Origin: Sphagnum compactum
Taxonomy: Eukaryota
NCBI GenBank assembly: GCA_965153455.1
Contig: OZ234493.1
Location: forward strand, 18,156,213-18,220,212
DNA length: 64,000 bases
Direction: 5' to 3'
The position numbers and the translations under genes were made by a program. Positions 1 through 11,433 of this stretch are shown here, one piece after another; within the stretch, counting starts at the first letter, position 1, and every line of letters starts with the position of its first letter. The notes below the pieces were generated by a model that was not told the origin of the DNA, searched no databases, and saw nothing but the letters and a program-made list of their open reading frames with translations.

Positions 1-3000
1 ATGCGATTTGTAAATTTTAGACCTAAGGTGTGAGAACTATTGAATTTTGAGGGGTTTTTCGTTTCTCTTTCAGGTTGTTGTTGAAGATTCAACTAAATTA
101 TAAAAGTTCATTTTGGAAGGAGAAATTAGATGGGTAAGGGGTTTGAACACACTTGGGCCAATGGCACAGGCCACACGAGTGTGGAGCAAAATGCAAAAAT
201 TTCAACCATTTCAACTCTTAGACCTCATAGCCAACATTTTGTCAACAAAGACTTTGCTTTCTTATATTGCTGACTGTGTGTGTGTATAATAAGCACACGG
301 TGCAAACTTTAGGAACTTTTGTACCTGACAATCAACTTCAGCAGCAAATCTCACTCTGGGAGCATTACATAATAAAAGGGTAGCTTGTCAAGTTTTCATC
401 AGAAAAAGGCCCATTGCTGCTTTGCTTTGCTTTGCAGAGAGGGAGGCACTGGGTAGGGTTCCCCTTCCTATCCACTTTGATGTACAATATAGTACATTCA
501 CGCATATGTGTCATTATGCTCAAGGCAAGACCGCAATGAAAAAAAAACACTAAATGGCCAGCAAAGGGAAATGGTCAAAAGCTTACACTTCTCTCGCTTC
601 ACCAAACTTTACAGTTTGTGTGATTGCACTGCAAACTATGTCGCCGTGTGGGCACACTCCCCCTCTCCCCACACCCCCCCTCCTCACACCTCTCCCGGGG
701 GGAGTTTGAGCCTTTTCCCGAACATAAGGGGGATTACGGTGCCATAGGCCAATCAGACTTGACCTCTTTGACAAAGTCAATTGCATATATGAGAGTTCAA
801 AATCCATGTCAGATTCCGATGTTGTTCTTATACCCAATGTCATGAGCTTTCTGACTTAGTTCGCATCCAAAGCAAAGAAGTCGGTCTGTGTCCCTGTAGA
901 GCTTTTATCTTATCTTTGATAAACTTGGTGGATTGGGTACAAAGTAATATATAAAAAAAATGTATTAAGTTAAGACACCATGTGCAGGTTGACATAGGAA
1001 GCTTCAAACTAGTATTGATCTGCCGAGTCAAACAACTAAAGGCTAGTTAAAAGATATGTTTAAAAGACTCTAGTAAGTTGGAACAACCCACCAACCCATG
1101 TGTGATCGGGGGATGGTGTGCATTCGTGTAAGAACATAAAGCTTGGTTGCCACCTGCAAACCCCCTGGCAACTTTGGTTTTAGAATGTGAGTTTACAAGC
1201 CCTTCAGAGAGTTCATGTGACAAGATGTGCTAAGCCATATTTAAAGACTAAAAAATATGACATAGGATATAGCCAAGAACTGAGGATCACAACACACCCC
1301 TCCCCACCCTTCTATCTCATCCTAGGCCCCTTATTGTGGGAATACCCCACCCCTCCCCCCCCTTGTGGTCTTACCCACCTCAATGTAAAACACAAACCAA
1401 ACGTTATAATAAGCCTATATATTGGTTGAATATAAGATCGAAGTGGGAAGGATCTTATGCTTACTATTTAGGAATGGGAGGGACTTGACACTTAAAGAGC
1501 CTCTCCTAAGATTCGTCCTATTCCTAGATAGTAGGTGTAAGGCTCCTCACATTCTTACATAGTAGGTGTAAGGTCCTCTCTTCTTTGTGAATAGTCGGTG
1601 TAAGATCCCTTCTCTTCTTCTTTTTTCTTTTTTTTTAAGGAGGGAAATTCACGGATACAAGGTGCCCTTCGAAATACACTCCGAAATTTCTTGGAGTGTA
1701 TTTATTCCTACCCTTCTTACATACAGCTAAGGATTCAAACTGACGGAAAGTGAAAAAGTTAAGGTTGGTATTTTGATATTCTAAAAGACTCCTACTTTGA
1801 CAAAGATTGTATGTAGCTTTAAGCTACAGCCTTCATGTGTAAAGTGCACGTTCATGCATTGGCAGTTATGTACCAGTGTTGTGCAATTCTTTTTTTTCAA
1901 TAAATAAATAAATAATTGATTAATAGAAAACTAATTCATTTTACTTTTATGAAGGCCGGCCGGCTTAAAAAATACCTATTTCATTTCCAGTTTAATACAT
2001 AAATGGAACTAGGAATTGGGTTTGGGTCCAATTGTCTTTTGAAAAAAATTTAGTTCTAAACCTGAGACCTGGTTGCAGTCGGGTTCGTATTAGCTCCAGA
2101 CCAAAAGCCGACAATTAACTGTCCTTTAACCTCAGGTTAACTCTTGGTTCTAGTTACTCTTTTTTCAATTTATTTATTTATTTATTCAAAAATCCCAAAT
2201 CCAGTTGAATTTCTGGTTCCACACCAAAATAGAACTGAGAACCTCGTTCCCAGTCCACTTCTTTAAGAAAATAAAATCCGGTTCCAGTTCCTATTCCAAC
2301 CCCAAAAATCAGATCCACTAGTTCCCATTCAGTTTGTACTAGCCCTAAACATCGTTGGATGAAATTTTGTCTCGACCCACATTTTTGGTTAATTATTGAA
2401 CACTAAACCTTAGTGGAAGGTACAGTATACATCCATCCATTGAAGTTATCCGACAAGACAAAAACATCACTGGATGAGAAAGCCATAGCATACAGTCCCA
2501 GTTGTTTGATGTTGTCTAGAGGACATGAAAGTTTCAGACATCCAAGTTTTAGACAACTTGGATGAGAAAGTCCATTGAAGTTGTCTATAGGGTCCAAACC
2601 ATTGTTGGATGATAAGTTTTTTTGTTACCCATCTTTTTGGGAAATTATTAAAACGCCGAAAGAACATCATCAGTTGCACTAGGTACAATAATAAATTTCA
2701 TTCATTTGGAAGTTGTATGTATGGAAGGACAAAACATGAATGAAATCTGCAGCGAGAATTGCGGATCCCCAGACCTAGAAAAAACAAACCCAGACCTCCA
2801 GCCCTTTTTTTTACTGGCGAGATTTTGCCCAAATTTGCCAAAATAAAAATCAGAAATTCTAAAATGATGTGATTTTTTAGGGTTTCAGTCACCAGAAGGT
2901 GAGGAAATTAAAATAAATAAATAAAAATCATCCAATTTCAATATCTGGTTGTTTGGTTGTCTGAATGTAGTAAAACTAAAGATGAAGATGATTAAAACAG

Positions 3001-3358
3001 CCAGATTTGGCTAAATCTTACTTGGGATTTGTAGCCATTTTTTTTGCTGATATGTATAGCCAAATAGTGAAATTAAAAATTAAAAGTGGTAAAATCAAGT
3101 GCTTTTTTAGGTATTCAATAGTCAGAATTGGACTTAATTTTAAATTAAATCACCATATTTTTATGCATGGTTCAAGCAGTTAGCCAGAAATATAGAAAGA
3201 TGTTTTGTAGTTTTAATTTCAGATTTAGCTTGTAACCAAATTTGGCAAAATCTTCATATGGGTGATTGCCACTTTAGCTGCATCATAAAACTGCAAAAAG
3301 ACATTGTCAGGGACGATGGTTACTTTTTAAACCCTGTCTCTACACAGACAAGGGCGAG

Positions 3359-3955
3359 GGTAGAACTGCTCATCACCGATCACTACCCTATCATCGATCA
3401 CTTTGTTAGATTTTAATCATCTGCACTTCATTTTGAGTAATTTAAAATATTATGGGAGTGCTACCTTGAGTTATAAAAATCATCTTTGAAGTGCAAATGA
3501 AAAGGAGTAATGAAAACATAACAAGAAGAAAAATAAGCTTTCAAATTCACAAAACATGGTTTTATTCTTTTTTCTTCTCTTTGGACCCCTCCTATTTTCA
3601 AAGCTTTTAATTTTCTCATTTCTTGTTCATTTAAAATGATTTAAAATGCTACAGGAACACCAGTTCTACAAATCATTTTTGAACTCTAATAGCAACAAAG
3701 CAACATACAAGGAATTATTTTGGTGATTGAGATTGGGCTTTGTAATGTTCAGTGGTTTGCTTTTTTGAGTTTTTAATCCCTCTACTTTGAGAGATCCTAA
3801 TTTTCTCAATTCTAATCCGTTTTGATAATTTTAGTGCACAAGATGCTACAACAGAAGGGGTTCAAGTTTTGTTTGAACACCAAAAACAATTGAGCCCTCC
3901 CCTTGGATCTGGCCTGTCCTGAGCACTTAAGTGATCATTCATGGGCTGTTCTACC
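3359..3955. mobile_element. Non-autonomous DNA transposon (MITE) with ~26-bp imperfect TIRs
   Basis: Left end GGTAGAACTGCTCATCACCGATCACT (3359-) matches the reverse complement of the right end AGTGATCATTCATGGGCTGTTCTACC (-3955); AT-rich non-coding interior. Confidence 0.6.
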
Positions 3956-5569
3956 TTATCATATCAGTGTACCAAATTCTAATACCCACTAAGTACATAT
4001 AATTTTTAAAATATTTTTTTAGGGAAAATATTGAATCTTCAGGAATATTATTTTTTATTAATTAATTATTCAACAAACATGTGTCAAAGCTGCAAAGGTA
4101 TTATGGTATACAAAGGGTGTTGAACAAACTTGAGTATAAGTGTGAACTAGAAAAATTGTCATGGTCAATGAAATTCCTGGATTTGGTGGTCTGAATTCTT
4201 TTTCTTACTTATCTTGAGTGAGTGGATTAATAGTTAAATATGCAATAGGGTTTGGGAGGTTTGTGAGAATTTTAGAGAACCAATGGCAATGATAGACTTG
4301 CTACCTTTATTTTTTATGTTGAACAGAATAGGTTTGTGCGTAGGCATGAAGATGTTTTTTTTCTAGCCCAATGCTTCATTTGGTGATCTGAATATGTCTT
4401 TGTAACTATCTTGAGTGCACTATTAGGGTACAAGGCGACTTTTCAGCACATCTCCGTTGAATAATTAATTAACTTTGAAACTTTCATTTGGAAAATGAAA
4501 TATTCTCAGAATGGTTCAGAAATTTTACTCTTTTCACAAAATGTTTCCTCTTGAGAATTTTTTGCTGAAAATTTCAGCATTTGTAAAAATAATATAATTT
4601 TTGCTGAAGCCACCAAGGTAATAACAATAATGTGTAGCTACTATTTACACACAGGGTTCTTGCACATTACTTTGTGGACTTCGTTTTACATTCCTATGGA
4701 TGATGGTCACTTTGGCTACATACAAATATTCCAAAAAAAACTAGTACCCTAAAAACCAGTCTTTTTTTCCTCAATTTTCTCATGTTCCTCCAAAAGTGAA
4801 GATCAGCCGCAAGAGGTTTTAGCCAAATCTAGTTACAAGACAAATTAAAAAATTAAAAAAATCCAAGAATCCTATTAAATGTTGGCAAACATCAGACCCT
4901 CCTCCTACTAGCTAAATATCACAATTTCAAAAGAAAAAAAAAGTTAAAAATCTACCCAAATTTTCCAAAAATGTTGATGATTTCAAAACATTTTTTTCCT
5001 CTTCAAAATGTTGCAATTTTTTTGGGAAAATTTGCCAAAAAGTTCCCTTGACCATATTACTTGGGACTTAATGAAATAAAAATAAAAATGGCGAATTTCC
5101 GCCACCAAAAAAATTCACTAGGCTAGTAGTAGTGCCTTCCATGTGGGGACTAAAATCTTAAAAAGCGAAAAAAAACAAACAAGCCCACCCTGGAACAACC
5201 AAAGCGGCCGAATTTCCGCCGAGTCTACGCCGAGTCTTGGGTACCAGGCGGGGCCGAACGAACGAACGCTAGGCTGTCACCAGCCTGTCAAGGCCGCCCA
5301 GTCCCCGACCTAAACCCAGTCAAGCGAAACGTACTTTTCGCGCAAGGAACGATTTTTTTTTCTTTGAGAATCTTCTTTTTTCTTTTTTTTTTCGCAGAGT
5401 CGCTGAATTGGTCGCTCGCTTAAGGTACTAGATCCGCGGGGGCCGCAGACGGCGACGACGAAGACGACGACCCCCCAGTCCAGACTCCAGAACAGACCAG
5501 ACGCTTGTGAGGGCCCCACTATTACCCTAATTTCGTTCCCGAGATTGCTCGGAGTTCTTTCCCCTTGCG

Positions 5570-5730
5570 ATGATGGGTAGATGATGGCGTTGTTGATAGC
5601 GGGTGAAGCTCCAGCTGCTACGGCTATCGATTCCCTGACTTTCTTTGGTCGGCTGTGGCTCGCTCGCAACCCAACCACATCTGCTTGCTCTACCCACCCA
5701 CTCGTATCTGTTTTCTTGCACGGCTGGTGA
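5570..5730 (+). promoter_or_regulatory. Overlapping tiny uORF (MMGR*, 5570-5584) and 49-aa uORF (5581-5730) in the presumed 5' leader of the 7-TM gene
   Basis: ATG ATG GGT AGA TGA overlaps ATG ATG GCG...CAC GGC TGG TGA; lies in the GC-rich block 470 nt upstream of the main ATG; transcription start not known. Confidence 0.5.
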
Positions 5731-5790
5731 GGAGTAGAGTTGTTTCGGGAGTTGCGGCAAACCCTAAGGGTAGGGTAGTGGAGGATAGGA

Positions 5791-5836
5791 AGGAAGAAGA
5801 AGAAGAAGAAGAAGGAGAAGAAGTAGTAGTAGTAGC
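5791..5836 (+). repeat. Compound (GAA)n/(GTA)n microsatellite in 5' leader
   Basis: GAAGAAGAAGAAGAAGAAGAAGGAGAAGAAGTAGTAGTAGTAG. Confidence 0.85.
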
Positions 5837-6200
5837 AGCAGCTAGTGTAGAAGTGAGAAGTGGTATGGGAGAGATGAGATGGTGAAGGAGGGATATCGAT
5901 GATGCCGTGGAAGCAGAGTGTGGGAATCGATGGACTGATGAGGATGCGTGTTGTTGTTGTTGTTGCTGGAACTTGTAGATAGAAGAGTATTTGGTGAGGT
6001 TTGAGACCACGGCCAATGAGGTAGGGTTAAGAGAGAGTGGCTGTTTTGATTTTGTCGAGGGGAGAAAATAATGGGAGAAGAAGAAGAATAGTAGGTCGTC
6101 AAGGGGCAGTTTTGGTTGTGGAGGAGGAGGAGAAAAGATTAATGTGGCAACAAGGGAGGAGGAGGAGCGCTGATGTGCGGACAAGAGTGGAGGGTGGGTA

Positions 6201-7484
6201 ATGCCCCTGACTGCTTCAGCCGTGGATGTGCTGGGCATAGCCACGCTGGTGCTAGTGGTTTTACTCGCCTGCCTAGGGTTAGGTTGCGTTTTGTACGTGC
6301 TTCGCTTCCGGGCGCGTATACACAAGGAGCGTCTTCCTGTTGCCCTCAAGGATTTCAACGCATTATGGATAGTACGCATCACTCTGATCCTCTTGGCCAT
6401 GTTGTGGTGCTTGGTGGAGCTACTGCGTCTGCCTTTGCTGAGGCGGCAGAACTGGTTGCTTCATTCCATCAGTTTCCGATGGCAAGCCAATATGTGCCGC
6501 ATCTACATCCTCTCCTCTATCGGCTTCCTGGAGCCTTGCTTCTTCCTGACTGCTCTCTTCCTGGTTCATGGCTCCCTAAGCAATGCTCCCTTCACTCCCA
6601 GGAAAGCTTGGAATGGCAAGATGGTGGCTCTCATTCTTATCTGCTGCTTGCCCGTGTTCCTACTTCAGCTTTTCTTTGTTGTCATTAGTCCTAGTTTTGA
6701 GTTTAAAGGGGGTTACAGTGCACAGAAGGAGGGTTACAACCATCGGTTGCCAAGCTACTTCACTGAGGCTTTTGAAGGGGTGCAATTGGACAGTCAGAGA
6801 CAGGTTGCGGTATGTCGATTCCCACTTTTGAGCACTCTTGTGCTTGCGACATTCGGTGTAATCTACAGTGCTTACTTTCTTTTTCTTGGTTGGCGGATGT
6901 TGGGAGTGGTGATCAATCGGTGCCTGCAACGTCGTGTCTATGGGCTCCTTGCTTCCTTGTTATTTCTTCTGCCACTTCATGTGCTGTTTCTTGGCATGTC
7001 TGTGCTCTCAAGTCCAACGCACTGGGTGTTTGAGTTACTGGCCTTTCTGGCCTTCCTCACAGTGCTGCTTTGCACCAGTGTGGGGGAGGGGATTCTTGTT
7101 ATCCGCCCCATCATGGATGCTCTGGCTGTGCACTGGGTCTTTACAAGCCCTGAACATTTGGGATGGCAGATTGAGGCAGCTGCTGCACGGAGTGGCAGCG
7201 AGAGGCCTTTGTCCATCTCTCTTTCCATGTTTGGAAGTGATGATGATGAGGCAGCTTTGGTGCATCATCCTCGGCACAACCGCATCAGGCGAACAAGCTT
7301 AGATACAGATGTTGAGTTTGTAGCAGCAACAGCAGGGAGAAAGACCTTCATACCAGTGGATCATGCGGGCAGCTTCTCAGACCATCAGAGTGGTGGAATA
7401 GCTTTTGGCAGTCCAGACTCTCCTGCATTGCCAGGAAAGCCTTTACTTTCTCGTTCTTCTCGCTCAAACATCAACTTCTTGTAG
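6201..7484 (+). CDS. Intronless 427-aa plant 7-TM membrane protein, candidate GPCR Cand1 (At1g57680)-like
   Basis: Long ORF with ~7 hydrophobic helices; motifs MPLT..., WIVRITLIL, RWQANMCRIYILSSIGFLEPCFFLT, WNGK, CRFPLLST, INRCLQRRVY, VGEGILVIRPIMDALAV resemble this land-plant family (recalled, not searched); S/P-rich cytosolic tail. Confidence 0.88.
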   Translation: MPLTASAVDVLGIATLVLVVLLACLGLGCVLYVLRFRARIHKERLPVALKDFNALWIVRITLILLAMLWCLVELLRLPLLRRQNWLLHSISFRWQANMCRIYILSSIGFLEPCFFLTALFLVHGSLSNAPFTPRKAWNGKMVALILICCLPVFLLQLFFVVISPSFEFKGGYSAQKEGYNHRLPSYFTEAFEGVQLDSQRQVAVCRFPLLSTLVLATFGVIYSAYFLFLGWRMLGVVINRCLQRRVYGLLASLLFLLPLHVLFLGMSVLSSPTHWVFELLAFLAFLTVLLCTSVGEGILVIRPIMDALAVHWVFTSPEHLGWQIEAAAARSGSERPLSISLSMFGSDDDEAALVHHPRHNRIRRTSLDTDVEFVAATAGRKTFIPVDHAGSFSDHQSGGIAFGSPDSPALPGKPLLSRSSRSNINFL

Positions 7485-8460
7485 TATGCTTCTGTAGTTC
7501 TAGAACACGCATGATTTTCAGCCTGCTCTCCTCTGCTTTATGTGAGCAATGTGGGGTATGTAATTTGTCGGTTGCCTTAATGAGCTTCACCAAGGAGGAG
7601 GAGGAGATTGACAATCCTGGGACTGTCTGTAGAGTATGCCTGAGGAATTCGATAAAGATGGTAAAAGTTCCATTCTACTAGGTTGATTGTACCATTATTT
7701 TTCTCACTGTTACCTATGGGCTTTTTGCACTCCTGCATTTTCTGCTTTGCTATTGGAGTGAAAATCATGTGCAGAGTTTCAACCTTGATGCCTGAGGCTT
7801 GAATTCAAACATTAAATTGGGGGCAGGAATTACAGCTGCTGGGTTAATCAGGGACATCTTTGCTGGCAGAAAATCAGAGATCCTCCTTGAGCAATTAGCA
7901 ATGAAAATTCCACCAACCCTGGAGACAACCAAAGATTTGAGGTACTGAGTAAGACATAACACCAGGCACTGTTAGAACTTGATATACCCACAGGTTGAAA
8001 GTGAGAAGATTGTCAGCAGCAAATGAAGGAGGATCAGTGAAGAGCTGACTAATGCAACCAGAGAATTGAGAGGAATTGGAGGTAGTTGGCATTTCTAAAA
8101 CTGAGTCCAGCAGTCATGGAATGGGTGAAGCTCCAATAGATACCATGGGTGCTGATGTCCAGGACTTCCTCTGACCATGCTGCTCATGACCTGTGTGCGC
8201 ATTCTGACTGGAACAGGAAGAGAGATTTGGGCACACAGAATATCAGTCTGTTTTTAGCATGCAATGTGCATTGGTACAATTGCATGTTAATTACATGGCA
8301 TGATTAGAATATGCAATCGTGACCCAGTTGTAGATGAATTGCAACTGAGTTGATGTTGGGTTTTGCCTTAGTGACCAACCTTGTAGATAGGTAGGTGGGT
8401 AAGTAGGACAGTAGGTGGCTACTAGGTGAGTGGATGCATGTAGATGATTAGCATGCAGGT

Positions 8461-8523
8461 AAGGGCTACTGGCTTGAAATTGGAAACACTTCCTACGCGT
8501 TCAATTTCAAGCCAGTAGCCCTT
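8461..8523. repeat. Perfect 22-bp inverted repeat (hairpin)
   Basis: AAGGGCTACTGGCTTGAAATTG (8461-8482), 19-nt loop, CAATTTCAAGCCAGTAGCCCTT (8502-8523). Confidence 0.9.
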
Positions 8524-8862
8524 CCCTATGTACACAAGAGGTAGTAAGTGTGAATTCAGGGGTTGCTGTTCCATCAATTTTGCTTAAGTCAGATTCAGTA
8601 CTGCAACATTCTTTGCATATCAGATTCACCAATAGAGCTAGTTCCCCATTAACCCAAAGCAAGGAAGGATGAAGAAGGTAAATGAAAAGCCAAGATGATC
8701 TATCTTAACATCTGCACAATTGGGTTGATGTCACTTCTTCTACGACCAAAGGCCAACAACTGAAATCAAAGCTTAACTTCGAAGAGTGTGGAACAAACTG
8801 GAAGTGAGCAGGATCCAAGGTGGGTTTGCAGACATAGACAGCTGCATCAGTACCAGAGTACC

Positions 8863-9048
8863 CCTTGGCAGCTTTGACACATTTTTGTTGAATAAGTAAT
8901 TGATTTTAAAAAATTCATTTTTCGACAAATAGAATATTCTCTAGGATTCAATATGATCGCAAAAGAAATTTTGAACTGGAATTTTATTTTATTTTTGAAA
9001 ATTTCAACATTTCTGAAAATAATATAATTAGTGTCGGAGCTGCCAAGG
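8863..9048. mobile_element. ~186-bp MITE with 18-bp TIRs
   Basis: CCTTGGCAGCTTTGACAC ... GTGTCGGAGCTGCCAAGG (16/18 match) followed by TA; related ends at ~4081-4100 and ~4600-4620. Confidence 0.7.
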
Positions 9049-9146
9049 TAGTTGGGTATATCTCAGGCATGGAATGGATGGGAGCACAAGGTTGGTATGA
9101 CCAGAGGCAATAATCAGACTTCTACCAACACCAGCCTCGCAGTAAC

Positions 9147-9480
9147 CAGTGTTGGCCGGTTATTGAGTTTTTGACCTGGCTATCAACCTCTCTGTCAAGC
9201 CGGTTACTAATAACCTACCAGCTAGCTGGTTACAATTATTATTTTTTGATAACCACCTGGTATTAAATATTCAAAAATCTAATAACCTAGCTGGATGACC
9301 CAATTAGGTATAATATCAAACTTTAAACACTAATGCAACAAATTTAAAAGCAGATTTACAAAAATTATAACTGGACAATAACTGGCATGATAGCAGGTGG
9401 TTATCAACTGGTTGTTCGATAACCTACCCTTATGCATTGATGGTTATTCTCCAATTTTTGATAACCTACTTGACAATAAT
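9147..9480. mobile_element. Left end of a hAT-like element with GATAACC/GGTTAT subterminal repeats
   Basis: CAGTGTTGGCCGGTTATT terminus resembles the ends at 25748 and 28141; many ATAACC/GGTTAT motifs follow; right end not located. Confidence 0.4.
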
Positions 9481-11321
9481 ATTTTGATATCAATCGGAGG
9501 CAAGCGAGCAGCAAGTGAGTGAGTGAGCGAGCGAGCGAGCGAGCGAGCGAAAAAGTTGCTAAATCCTAAACTCCAAACAATCAGGAAAGTTAGTTGTAAA
9601 AAAAGTCTCAAATTAAATGGTTGTTTGATAACTGAATTTGGGAATAAAAGAGGTGGTCTTGGGAGAACAAGCGGCTCATCATGTAATGGCCCTGTTCATT
9701 ATGGCAAAGTTCAAACCAGCAACAGTTAAAAAAATAAGGAATGTTTTGTGATGATGTTACCAAAAACGAACTCACAATTGACAATAGGTAAACACTTTGC
9801 TGATCATTCCTCAAAATGTGGGACCTAATAAGTTCCTCGTTATTCCATAGTCTCTCAATGATGGGCAAAGCCAACAAAATATGCTAAATTCGATCTTAAA
9901 GAAGAGTGTTGTTTCATGGGTGGAATCTCGGTGGTGGAAGATTGTGGTCTGGAAGTTTGATAAAACAAAATGGAGGGGAACAAAAAAAAAGACTCTCATG
10001 AGACACTAAGACTTTAGGTTGACATTCCTACTTTGTAAAACGTGGTATCGTTTTTTTGGTAGTTTTTTGGCTTTTTCCTTGCATGTTGCCCGAACTCCAA
10101 GGTCATTCATTCATAATTTAGTAGTTTTGATTCTTTTGCCCTTGCATGTCATTGGAACTCCATTGCTTGAGAGGTAGGTGTCTACACAATGATGGCTTTA
10201 GGGGGCCAATCAAAAATCACCCATGTCTTTTTAAGTGGAGATGCCCGGTGTGCTCGTGGCCACTTTTAATGCATGATTCTCAATTCATGGTTTGTTAGGT
10301 TCCACCAAAAATATGTTGATGTGGGTCAAGTTTCACTTGCACAAGTGAAGTAAAGTAAAGAAGGATTGAAACACTTGTCCATAGGAAAATGTGAATTCAT
10401 TAGCAAATGATGGTTCCAAACCCTAAATTGCTCAAAAAGCATCCACATCTCCTCTACATGAAAAAGTAAAGCAAAAGCCTCTATTAGATACAAATTTCCA
10501 AACTAATTCTTTTATATCTCGTTTCACTATGTCTTACATAATTAATAAGGAAGCATTAATAGGTAGTTTTAGAATTGGAAATAGGAATAAGTAAACAAAT
10601 AGGATTTTGGATGTTTTTGCATAAGATTAAGTCAATACAATGAAGTTGAAAATGGGACATAATAATATTGCAAATTAATAAAAGTCAATTCGGACCACGG
10701 AGCCAAAAGTGTATATGCTAGAAAGTAATTTGACCTAAGTTGCACGTTGAAGCCGCCAAGGTCCAAGCACAAGTGGCATTCACCCCACCCAAAAAAAAAG
10801 GCTGCAAAACACCCATCCCTTGGGATCCACACATGGAGAAGCTACTCCAAAAACTAAGAAAAAACATTTTTGGATTTCTCGGATTTCTTAACAATTTATT
10901 ATTAAGAAACAACATAATTATTATTTTCCATCTGTGTGTATCAAAGGAGGGCCCAATTTTTTTTAAAGCCTAATAATCCCAAGTCCCTAAGTTTGCATCA
11001 GAACGCACAGTATTATAAATTAATTTTTGTAACTTATGTTTAAGTGGGGCCCAAATTAAATCAAATAGACACTTAAATAATTCCAGGAACCTAATAAAAA
11101 TAAGTTTGCAACACCAGAAAATGCAGCACAATAATAATAATAATAATAATTTCATTAGTACTTACCAAATGCCCATGTTTGTTTCGTTTGGGGATTTTGG
11201 GAATTTGGGGATCGACGCGGCGACGACCCACCAGCAGCAGCAGCAGCGTTGCAGGAAGTGGATCCAGGAAGTGCTGGAGGAAGTGGGAGCAGCTAATCGT
11301 CTCTTCTGCCATCGCCAAGCC

Positions 11322-11425
11322 CAGCAGCAGCAGCAGCAGCAGCAGTAGGACTAGTAGTAAGTAAGTAGTACAGAAGAAGAAGAAGAAGAAGAAGAGGAGT
11401 GGTGGTCGTGGTCGTGGTCGTGGTG
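11322..11425 (+). repeat. Compound microsatellites (CAG)n, (GAA)n and (GGTCGT)n in the 5' UTR of the transporter gene
   Basis: Directly visible tracts upstream of ATG 11434. Confidence 0.85.
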
Positions 11426-11433
11426 GTGCGGCG

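Noticed and set aside
320-500. Possible minus-strand non-coding first exon (donor CAG|GTACAA near 324) of a gene leaving the window
   Set aside because: Only a donor-like motif; no coding evidence within the window
5690-6400. 236-aa minus-strand ORF
   Set aside because: Low-complexity translation of leader microsatellites, antisense to a real CDS
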